Shown piece by piece: positions 24,697 through 32,000 of a stretch of DNA of 32,000 nt (position 1 is its first letter; each line of letters opens with the position of its first letter). The notes below the pieces were generated by a model. The model saw only the letters and a program-made list of their open reading frames with translations, ran no database searches and had not been told where the DNA came from. The DNA is from Massilicoli timonensis (GTDB lineage Bacteria > Bacillota_I > Bacilli_A > Erysipelotrichales > Erysipelotrichaceae). Where the stretch lies: the NCBI RefSeq assembly GCF_900199515.1, contig NZ_LT963434.1, positions 84,057 to 116,056 on the forward strand, read 5' to 3'. Both the position numbers and the translations under genes were made by a program.

Positions 24697-25248
24697 ATGA
24701 AATTAGAGATGGAGAAGTGGCAAAGCGGTGAAGATGTGGTAAGAGCGATTACTTTAGATGATGCAGCTGACTTTTATGAGATCGTGAAGCAGCCGCCGCT
24801 CTATGCCGCACTGTGGTGGCAGGCGGAAAGCGTGGAAGCATGCGCCAGACAGATTCAGGTCGTGCATTTGTCTTATCGGCAGAAACAGCTGCCCCAGACG
24901 ATGGTGATCGAACGAAATGAACAGATGATCGGTTTGCTTCATGTATCGCGGATGGAGGATGATTTGATCGAGATCGGTTATTTTCTGCATCCTGCCTATT
25001 GGCGTCAAGGCATTATGAAACGAGTGCTGGCAGAGTGGCTGAAGCGTTTAAGCAGGCAGTTTTCGCTGCATCGCATCGAAGCCTACTGCGCTTGTGACAA
25101 TACCGCCAGCATCGCTTTATTGAAAAGCTGCGGCTTTCATTATGAAGGCCGTTTAAGAGAGGTATGCAAAGATCAAAACGGCGCGTATCAGGATATGTTG
25201 TTATATGCCCTGATCGTATCGGATCGTGTAAAGGAGGAAATCGGATGA
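24697..25248 (+). CDS. GNAT N-acetyltransferase, RimJ/RimL-like (Acetyltransf_3-type)
   Basis: 183 aa. TAGGAGG SD 10 nt upstream of the ATG. Acetyl-CoA motif YWRQGIMKRVL, IEAYCACDNTASIALLKSCGFHYEGRLRE. Its stop overlaps the valS start (ATGA at 25245-25248). Confidence 0.85.
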   Translation: MKLEMEKWQSGEDVVRAITLDDAADFYEIVKQPPLYAALWWQAESVEACARQIQVVHLSYRQKQLPQTMVIERNEQMIGLLHVSRMEDDLIEIGYFLHPAYWRQGIMKRVLAEWLKRLSRQFSLHRIEAYCACDNTASIALLKSCGFHYEGRLREVCKDQNGAYQDMLLYALIVSDRVKEEIG

Positions 25249-27875
25249 GCAAAGCACTCGCGAGCAAGTATGACCATCATCAGGTAGAAGCGGGACGCTA
25301 CGATGAATGGTTGAAGGAAGGCTATTTTACTGCCGGAGATAAAAGCAAAGATCCCTTTTGTATCGTAATTCCACCGCCTAATGTTACCGGTAAGCTGCAT
25401 CTGGGACATGCTTGGGATACGACCTTGCAGGATATGATCGCCCGTTATAAACGCTTAAAAGGCTATGATATGCTTTGGGTAGCGGGAATGGATCATGCGG
25501 GGATCGCGACGCAGGCAAAAGTAGATGAGCGCTTAAAGCAGGAAGGTGTCAGCCGTTATGACATCGGCCGGGAAAAGTTTTTGGAACGCGCATGGGAGTG
25601 GAAGGAGGAGTATGCTTCCACAATTCGTAAACAGTGGGCAAAGCTGGGGCTTTCTCTTGATTATTCCCGGGAACGCTTTACGTTGGATGAAGGACTTTCT
25701 AAGGCGGTGCAGAAGGTGTTCTGCGATCTGTATGAGGAAGGATTGATCTATCGGGGCGAGCGGATCATCAACTGGGATCCGAAAGCGATGACAGCGCTTT
25801 CCAATATCGAGGTCATCCACAAGGAAGTGGAAGGCAAGATGTACTACTTCAAATATGCGATCGAGGACAGTGAAGAACAGTTGATCATCGCTACGACCCG
25901 TCCGGAAACGATGTTTGCGGATCAGGCGGTCTTCGTGCATCCCGATGATGCGCGTTATCAGCATCTGATCGGGAAAAGAGCGATCAACCCGGCAAACGGG
26001 GAAGCGCTGCCGATCATGGCTGACGACTATATCGATATGTCTTTCGGTACGGCGGTCATGAAATGTACGCCGGCGCATGATCCAAACGATTTCGCATTGG
26101 CGAAAAAATATGATCTGGCAATGCCGATCTGTATGAACCCGGACGCGACGATGAATGCATTGGCCGGGAAGTATGCGGGCATGGATCGCTTTGCTTGCCG
26201 TGAAGCGCTGGTAGCGGACTTTGAGGCACAAGGGATCGTGGCAAAAATCGAAACACACCTGCATCAGGTCGGCCATTCGGAACGTACCGGCGTCGTGGTA
26301 GAGCCATATTTGTCGAAACAGTGGTTTGTGAAAATGAAGCCGTTAGCGGAAGATGTCTTAAAGGATCAGGCAGACGATGAGAAAAAGATCCATTACTACC
26401 CGCCGCGCTTTGAAAAGACTTTCGTGCAGTGGCTGGAAAATATCGAAGATTGGTGCATTTCCCGACAGCTGTGGTGGGGACATCGTATCCCGGCATGGTA
26501 TCATAAGGAAAGCGGTGCCGTTCATGTCGGTGAAGAACCGGCTGACAGCGAAAATTGGGTACAGGATGAAGATGTGCTGGATACTTGGTTTTCCAGTGCG
26601 TTGTGGCCTTTCTCCACTTTGGGCTGGCCGGATATCAAGCAGGCTGACTATCAGCGTTATTACCCGAATGACGTATTAGTAACCGGTTATGACATCATCT
26701 TCTTCTGGGTGGCGCGCATGGCTTTTCAGGCACGTCATTTTACCGGCGGCCGTCCGTTCAAGGATGTGCTGATCCATGGCTTGATCCGCGATGCACAGGG
26801 GCGCAAGATGTCAAAATCATTAGGCAATGGGGTCGATCCGATGGATGTCATCGATCAGTACGGCTGTGATGCACTGCGCTTTTTCTTAACGACCAATTCG
26901 ACACCGGGACAGGATCTGCGCTATATCGAAGAAAAGGTCGAAGCGAGCTGGAACTTTATCAATAAGATCTGGAATGCGAGCCGTTTTGTGCTCATGAATC
27001 TGGGTGATGATTTTTCTTTAGAACAGTTGGACTTCACCCATGTCTCCATCATTGATAAATGGATCCTGAAACGCTTAGATGAAGTATTGATGCAGGTAGA
27101 GGAAAACATGGATCGCTATGAGTTTGCGCTGGTCGGCAATGCGCTTTACAGCTTTGTTTGGGATGATTTCTGCAGCTGGTATATCGAGCTTTCCAAAGCC
27201 GGCCTGCATAGTGAAGATGAAGCGGTCAAACAGGCGACGCGCTCTACTTTGGTATGGGTATTATCAGCCATCGTGCGAATCTTGCATCCGTTTATGCCGT
27301 TTGTGAGTGAGGCGATCTATCAGGCGATGCCACATGCGCATGCTTCGATCAATCTGGAAACATGGCCGGTTTCTTTTGGATGTGATATCAGTGAGCATGA
27401 GATGCGTGATGTCAAGCAGCTGCTTTCGATGATCAGCGCGGTACGTGAGATCAAGAAAGAGTATGGCTTGAAGCCAAGCGCCGAGATTGCGATTACGATC
27501 TATGATGAAAGCGGTGCGTTAAAGAAGCCGAGCGCACAGTTGGCGGCGATACTGCGCTTTATGGGACATGCGAACTGGCTGAGCGAAGATCTTTGCGAGG
27601 AAAAGGTCGTAAGAGCGATCCATGAAGGAACGCTGGCAGTTGCCTTGGCGCAGGTAGTCGATGTGGAAGCGGAAATCGTAAAGCTGCGGACGCAGAAGGA
27701 AAAGATACAAAGTGAGATCAAACGGGCACAGGGCATGTTAAACAATCCGAATTTTGTGAACAAAGCGCCGGAAGCGAAGGTTGCGGCAGAGCAGGAAAAG
27801 CTGCGCAATTATCAAAAACAGTTTGATGCGCTAAGCAAGCAGCTGGAAACGATGGAAGCAAAACGAAACAATTAA
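25245..27875 (+). CDS. valS: Valine--tRNA ligase
   Basis: AAGGAGG lies 7 nt upstream of ATG 25245, so the track start 25164 is an extension inside the GNAT gene. HIGH motif PPPNVTGKLHLGHA, KMSKS present, CP1 editing domain, and a C-terminal coiled coil. 876 aa. Confidence 0.97.
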   Translation: MSKALASKYDHHQVEAGRYDEWLKEGYFTAGDKSKDPFCIVIPPPNVTGKLHLGHAWDTTLQDMIARYKRLKGYDMLWVAGMDHAGIATQAKVDERLKQEGVSRYDIGREKFLERAWEWKEEYASTIRKQWAKLGLSLDYSRERFTLDEGLSKAVQKVFCDLYEEGLIYRGERIINWDPKAMTALSNIEVIHKEVEGKMYYFKYAIEDSEEQLIIATTRPETMFADQAVFVHPDDARYQHLIGKRAINPANGEALPIMADDYIDMSFGTAVMKCTPAHDPNDFALAKKYDLAMPICMNPDATMNALAGKYAGMDRFACREALVADFEAQGIVAKIETHLHQVGHSERTGVVVEPYLSKQWFVKMKPLAEDVLKDQADDEKKIHYYPPRFEKTFVQWLENIEDWCISRQLWWGHRIPAWYHKESGAVHVGEEPADSENWVQDEDVLDTWFSSALWPFSTLGWPDIKQADYQRYYPNDVLVTGYDIIFFWVARMAFQARHFTGGRPFKDVLIHGLIRDAQGRKMSKSLGNGVDPMDVIDQYGCDALRFFLTTNSTPGQDLRYIEEKVEASWNFINKIWNASRFVLMNLGDDFSLEQLDFTHVSIIDKWILKRLDEVLMQVEENMDRYEFALVGNALYSFVWDDFCSWYIELSKAGLHSEDEAVKQATRSTLVWVLSAIVRILHPFMPFVSEAIYQAMPHAHASINLETWPVSFGCDISEHEMRDVKQLLSMISAVREIKKEYGLKPSAEIAITIYDESGALKKPSAQLAAILRFMGHANWLSEDLCEEKVVRAIHEGTLAVALAQVVDVEAEIVKLRTQKEKIQSEIKRAQGMLNNPNFVNKAPEAKVAAEQEKLRNYQKQFDALSKQLETMEAKRNN

Positions 27876-27885
27876 CGAAACGAGA

Positions 27886-27920
27886 AGATCTGATCTTGAC
27901 ACGGTCGGATCTTTTTTTTG
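27886..27920 (+). terminator. Intrinsic terminator after valS
   Basis: AGATCTGA / TCGGATCT stem (one G-U pair), 11-nt loop, T8. Confidence 0.75.
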
Positions 27921-28115
27921 ATCGATCGAGTGCTTGCGAAAAGAGAAGCGTGAAGAAAAGTAATGTCGTTTATGCGCAAGGGAAGAGCAGACAAAGAGAA
28001 GCCGTCGGATTGTAAAAAGTGATCGAGTGAAAAAAAGTTGGGCAAGTATATAGGAAAATAAAGGAGGATGATGTATAATATGTATAAGCGATTTCAATGA
28101 AATGGAGGATTTGAA

Positions 28116-30743
28116 ATGGACAAGAAATATTTATATCTGTTTTCGGAAGGAAATGGATCGATGCGCGAAATTCTAGGTGGGAAAGGCGCAAACCTAGCCG
28201 AGATGATGAATCTGGGCATGCCGGTGCCGTATGGCTTTACGGTAACGACCGAAGCCTGCAACAAGTATTATGACGACGGCGAGAAGATTGCCGACGAGAT
28301 CGTTGCGGAAATCTTCGCTTATTTAGAGAAGCTGGAATCACTGGCAGGCAAGAAATTCGGTGATCCGCACAATCCGCTGCTTGTTTCGGTGCGTTCCGGG
28401 GCCAGAGCATCGATGCCGGGCATGATGGATACGATCCTGAATCTGGGCATGAATGACGATGTCGTGAAAGGCGTCGCGGAACTAACGAACAATCCGCGCT
28501 TTGCATGGGACTCTTATCGCCGCTTCATTCAGATGTTTGCGGATGTGGTAATGGGGCTGCCGAAGAGCCGCTTCGAAGAGATCATCGACGAGATGAAAGC
28601 GCGCAAGCATGTTACGATGGATACGGAATTAGACGCTGAGGACATGAAGGAAATGACACTGCGTTTCAAGGCATTCTATAAAGAAAGCTTGAAAGAGGAT
28701 TTCCCAAGTGATGCAAAGGATCAGCTGATCCGTGCCGTGGAGGCGGTATTCCGTTCCTGGAACAATCCGCGTGCGGAATTCTATCGCCGGATGAATGACA
28801 TTCCTTCCAGTTGGGGAACAGCGGTCAATGTGCAGATGATGGTATTTGGCAATATGGGCAATGACTGCGGAACCGGGGTTGCGTTTACGCGTAATCCAAG
28901 CACCGGTGAAAAGAAACTGTACGGTGAATTTTTGATGAATGCACAGGGTGAAGATGTCGTAGCCGGCATTCGTACACCGCAGCACATCGATCAGCTGAAA
29001 GAACTTTCACCACAGGCATATGCGCAGTTTGTCGATATTTGCGGAAAACTGGAAGCACATTATAAAGATATGCAGGATATGGAGTTTACGATCGAGAAAG
29101 GCAAGCTGTATATGTTGCAGACACGCAATGGGAAACGTACGGCAGCCGCTGCTTTGAAGATCGCCTGCGATATGGTAGATGAAGGAACGCTGAGCAAAGA
29201 AGAGGCGTTAATGAAGGTGGAACCGAAGCAGTTAGACGCGCTGCTGCATCCGCAGTTTGACGCGGCGGATCTAAAAGCTGCTACTCCGATTGCCAAAGGT
29301 TTGCCGGCTTCACCGGGCGCGGCTTGCGGTAAAGTGGTGTTTACTGCGGAGCAGGCGCAGCAGGAAGCGGCTTTGGGACATAAAGTGATCTTGGTGCGTT
29401 TGGAAACTTCTCCGGAAGATATTGAAGGCATGCATGTATCGGAAGGTATCTTGACGGTGCGCGGTGGTATGACCTCGCATGCCGCAGTGGTGGCGCGCGG
29501 TATGGGCGCTTGCTGTGTTGCGGGATGCGGCGATCTGAACATGAATGAAGAAGAAGGCTATTTTGAAGTAAACGGCGTCCGTTATACGGCTGATGACTTC
29601 ATTTCGATCGATGGTTCTACGGGCAATGTTTATGCCGGCGCGATCAAGACGGTACCGGCATCGATCAGCGGTGACTTTGAACGCTTTATGAAGTGGGCGG
29701 ATGAAACCCGTAAATTAAAGGTGCGTACGAATGCCGATACGCCAAAAGACGCGCTACAGGCATTGTCATTTGGCGCCGAGGGAATCGGTCTGGTCCGTAC
29801 AGAACACATGTTCTTTGAAGGCGATCGCATCAAGGCGATGCGGGAAATGATCGTTTCCAAGACGACTGAACAGCGCAAGCGTGCATTAGCCAAGCTGCTG
29901 CCGATGCAGAGAAGCGATTTTGAAGGCATTTATGAGGCGATGCAGGGCTTCCCGGTAACGATTCGTTATTTGGATCCGCCGCTGCATGAATTCCTGCCTA
30001 CCTCCAGTTACGATATCGCCAATTTAGCGGCGGACATGCATATTGATCTAGATGATCTGAAGGCGGTTATCGCAAGCCTGCATGAATTTAACCCGATGAT
30101 GGGACATCGCGGCTGTCGTTTGGCGATCTCTTATCCGGAAATTGCGGAAATGCAGACGACGGCGGTCATCGAAGCGGCGATCAATGTTGCGAAGAAACAT
30201 CCGGAATGGCATTTGACGCCGGAAATCATGATTCCGCTGGTAGGCGATGTGAACGAGCTGCGCTTTGTGAAAAACATCGTTGTCAAAGTGGCAGATGAAC
30301 TGATCGCAAAAGCCGGAATCGACATGAAGTATCTGGTCGGTACAATGATCGAAATTCCGCGTGCTGCGCTTTTAGCGGATGAGATCGCCGAAGAAGCAGA
30401 ATTCTTCTCATTCGGCACCAATGACCTCACGCAGATGACATTTGGCTTCTCACGTGATGACGCCGGCAGTTTCTTAAACGACTACTACGACAAAAAGATC
30501 TATGAACAGGATCCGTTTGCGAAATTCGACCAGCACGGTGTCGGCAAACTGGTTGCCAATGCCGCGAAATTAGGACGTGCGACGCGTGAGGATATCCATT
30601 TGGGTGTTTGCGGAGAACATGGCGGTGATCCTGCATCGATCGAGTTCTTCCATAAAGTAGGATTGGATTATGTATCATGCAGTCCGTTCCGTGTACCGAT
30701 CGCAAGATTGGCAGCGGCACAGGCAGCGATCAAAAACAAATAA
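28116..30743 (+). CDS. ppdK: Pyruvate, phosphate dikinase
   Basis: 875 aa. GGAGG lies 7 nt upstream of the ATG. ATP-grasp N-domain (GGKGANLAEM), phospho-His swivel motif GGMTSHAAVVARGMG, and a PEP/pyruvate TIM-barrel C-domain (GTNDLTQ, CGEHGGDP). Confidence 0.97.
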   Translation: MDKKYLYLFSEGNGSMREILGGKGANLAEMMNLGMPVPYGFTVTTEACNKYYDDGEKIADEIVAEIFAYLEKLESLAGKKFGDPHNPLLVSVRSGARASMPGMMDTILNLGMNDDVVKGVAELTNNPRFAWDSYRRFIQMFADVVMGLPKSRFEEIIDEMKARKHVTMDTELDAEDMKEMTLRFKAFYKESLKEDFPSDAKDQLIRAVEAVFRSWNNPRAEFYRRMNDIPSSWGTAVNVQMMVFGNMGNDCGTGVAFTRNPSTGEKKLYGEFLMNAQGEDVVAGIRTPQHIDQLKELSPQAYAQFVDICGKLEAHYKDMQDMEFTIEKGKLYMLQTRNGKRTAAAALKIACDMVDEGTLSKEEALMKVEPKQLDALLHPQFDAADLKAATPIAKGLPASPGAACGKVVFTAEQAQQEAALGHKVILVRLETSPEDIEGMHVSEGILTVRGGMTSHAAVVARGMGACCVAGCGDLNMNEEEGYFEVNGVRYTADDFISIDGSTGNVYAGAIKTVPASISGDFERFMKWADETRKLKVRTNADTPKDALQALSFGAEGIGLVRTEHMFFEGDRIKAMREMIVSKTTEQRKRALAKLLPMQRSDFEGIYEAMQGFPVTIRYLDPPLHEFLPTSSYDIANLAADMHIDLDDLKAVIASLHEFNPMMGHRGCRLAISYPEIAEMQTTAVIEAAINVAKKHPEWHLTPEIMIPLVGDVNELRFVKNIVVKVADELIAKAGIDMKYLVGTMIEIPRAALLADEIAEEAEFFSFGTNDLTQMTFGFSRDDAGSFLNDYYDKKIYEQDPFAKFDQHGVGKLVANAAKLGRATREDIHLGVCGEHGGDPASIEFFHKVGLDYVSCSPFRVPIARLAAAQAAIKNK

Positions 30744-30759
30744 AAGCAATCTTTCAAAC

Positions 30760-30800
30760 TGATGGCCGGGGGTGGTAAACATCTTCGGCCTATCATTTTC
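30760..30800 (+). terminator. Possible intrinsic terminator after ppdK
   Basis: TGATGGCCG...CGGCCTATCA imperfect stem followed by TTTT. The T-tract is weak. Confidence 0.45.
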
Positions 30801-30871
30801 AGGGGAGAAACTACATGCGTCGATCGTTGAAAAAACGATCATCGTGCTGCATTCTAAAAAGGAGGGATACA

Positions 30872-32000
30872 ATGTATTTCAAGACAACGCAGGAACACGA
30901 AAAACTTCGCGCTGACATCCGGGAATGGGCAGAAAAAGAGATCAAGCCTTATGTCTTTATGCTGGATCAAAACAATCAGTTTCCTAAGGAACAAATCAAG
31001 GATTTTGGAAAACGCGGCTATTTGGGACTGCCATATCCGAAAGAATACGGCGGCATGGGCAAAGATATTTTAAGCTATGCCATCGGTGTAGAGGAACTAT
31101 CGCGTGTGGACGGCGGAACCGGCGTCATTTTATCGGCCCATGTCTCTTTAGGCGCTTATCCTATTTTCGCTTATGGTACAGAGGAACAAAAGCAGAAATA
31201 TCTGGTGCCTTTGGCAAAGGGAGAAAAACTGGGCGCTTTCGGTTTGACGGAGCCAAACGCAGGATCTGATGCGGGCGGTACGGAAACGACAGCAGAGCAC
31301 ATGGGCGATCATTATCTTTTGAACGGGGAAAAGATCTTTATTACCAATGGCGAAGAAGCGGATATTTATGTCGTGTTCGCAGTAACGACCCCGGGTATCG
31401 GAACCAGAGGCATCAGCGCCTTTATCGTGGAAAAAGGTTGGGAAGGATTTACCTTCGGTGATCATTACGATAAGATGGGCATTCGCTCCTCAGCAACGGC
31501 ACAGCTGTTGTTTGATAACGTGAAGGTGCCTAAGGAAAACCTGCTCGGCAAAGAAGGACAGGGCTTTAAGATCGCCATGTCGACGCTTGATGGCGGACGC
31601 ATCGGTATCGCGGCACAGGCGCTCGGCATTGCGCAGGGTGCCTATGAAGCGGCTGTTTCCTATGCGAAAGAGCGAGAACAGTTCGGGGCGCCGATCGCGC
31701 AGCTGCAAGCCATTCAGTTCAAGATCGCGGAGATGGCTACCAAGATACGTGCCGCTCGATTTATGGTATATAGTGCCGCTGAGTTAAAAGAGCATCATGA
31801 GCCATATGGCATGGAAGCAGCCATGGCGAAAAAATATGCTTCAGATATCTGCCTAGAAGTAGTAAATGAGGCTTTGCAGGTATATGGCGGCAGCGGTTAT
31901 CTCAAAGGAATGGAAGTAGAACGCTTCTATCGTGATGCGAAGATCTGTACGATCTATGAGGGCACCAATGAGATCCAAAGTGTGGTCATCGCTTCTCATA
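30872..32000 (+). CDS. bcd: Short-chain acyl-CoA dehydrogenase, butyryl-CoA-dehydrogenase-like (3' end outside the window; absent from the ORF track)
   Basis: My own translation from ATG 30872 (AAAGGAGGG SD 6 nt upstream) stays open to the window end: MYFKTTQEHEKLRADIREWAEKEIKP...LGAFGLTEPNAGSDAGG...GGRIGIAAQALGIAQGA...DAKICTIYEGTNEIQ. This is very close to clostridial Bcd motifs, including the catalytic Glu in YEGT. Substrate specificity was not verified. Confidence 0.85.
   Translation, partial: MYFKTTQEHEKLRADIREWAEKEIKPYVFMLDQNNQFPKEQIKDFGKRGYLGLPYPKEYGGMGKDILSYAIGVEELSRVDGGTGVILSAHVSLGAYPIFAYGTEEQKQKYLVPLAKGEKLGAFGLTEPNAGSDAGGTETTAEHMGDHYLLNGEKIFITNGEEADIYVVFAVTTPGIGTRGISAFIVEKGWEGFTFGDHYDKMGIRSSATAQLLFDNVKVPKENLLGKEGQGFKIAMSTLDGGRIGIAAQALGIAQGAYEAAVSYAKEREQFGAPIAQLQAIQFKIAEMATKIRAARFMVYSAAELKEHHEPYGMEAAMAKKYASDICLEVVNEALQVYGGSGYLKGMEVERFYRDAKICTIYEGTNEIQSVVIASH

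Noticed and set aside
25533-26276. 247-aa antisense ORF inside valS (the longest shadow ORF)
   Set aside because: It lies entirely antisense to a confidently identified valS. It is Arg/His/Phe-rich and low-complexity with no recognisable motif or SD, which is typical of shadow ORFs opposite genes with strong codon bias.
28068-28100. 10-codon uORF (MMYNMYKRFQ) behind AAGGAGG upstream of ppdK
   Set aside because: The first ATG directly abuts the SD with no spacer. The only TATAAT box in the spacer lies inside the uORF, so it may not even be transcribed.
29060-29542. 160-aa antisense ORF inside ppdK, and similar ORFs at 28629-28985 and 16073-16483
   Set aside because: They are shadow ORFs opposite highly conserved genes. 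They are Ala/Ser/Cys/Pro-rich and carry no motifs.
1-32000. Search for CRISPR arrays, IS/transposase or integrase genes, phage or defence-system genes, tRNA/rRNA, long direct or tandem repeats
   Set aside because: None seen by eye. Every long ORF has a housekeeping-type assignment or sits in a conserved housekeeping operon. The only repeats noticed are short (9-mers). A computational repeat and tRNA scan would be needed to exclude small elements.

Overview
This is a chromosomal, mostly housekeeping window from a Bacillota-type genome. Gene order resembles Bacillus blocks: rnhC-cvpA-mutS2-uvrC, murI/gerM-like/ysnB-like, and tig-lon-ysxC. A GerE-like regulator, a GerM-like protein and a LysM protein hint at a spore-former lineage. 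The exact taxon cannot be established from the sequence.

I support about 31 protein-coding genes, 29 of them on the + strand. They are: a heterodimeric ABC exporter pair; a PadR/DUF1700/small-membrane-protein operon; lspA-rluD-rhomboid-like-dCMP deaminase; RNase HIII (-); CvpA; MutS2; UvrC; a 66-aa LuxR/GerE-type HTH; a ROK kinase plus a small Cys-motif protein; a VanY/LdcB-like protein overlapping murI; a GerM-like protein; a YfcE-type phosphoesterase (-); a helical hypothetical protein; trigger factor; Lon; EngB/YsxC; an acidic LysM protein; a Val T-box leader driving GNAT-valS; pyruvate phosphate dikinase; and the 5' ~1.1 kb of a butyryl-CoA-dehydrogenase-like gene that the ORF track misses because it runs off the window.

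I saw no rRNA, tRNA, CRISPR, IS, transposon, phage or recognisable defence genes, and no obvious novel multi-gene system. The items worth a second look are smaller scale:
- Three enzyme homologues whose catalytic or metal-binding residues are visibly substituted (rhomboid, VanY/LdcB-like, ROK Zn site).
- A GNAT inserted between a Val T-box and valS, with an ATGA overlap.
- A promoter-to-terminator ~110-nt candidate sRNA carrying anti-SD-like CCUCC motifs upstream of lspA.
- A candidate PadR operator.
- A strong window-wide excess of GATC.

All motif comparisons were made by eye against remembered family signatures and need computational confirmation.
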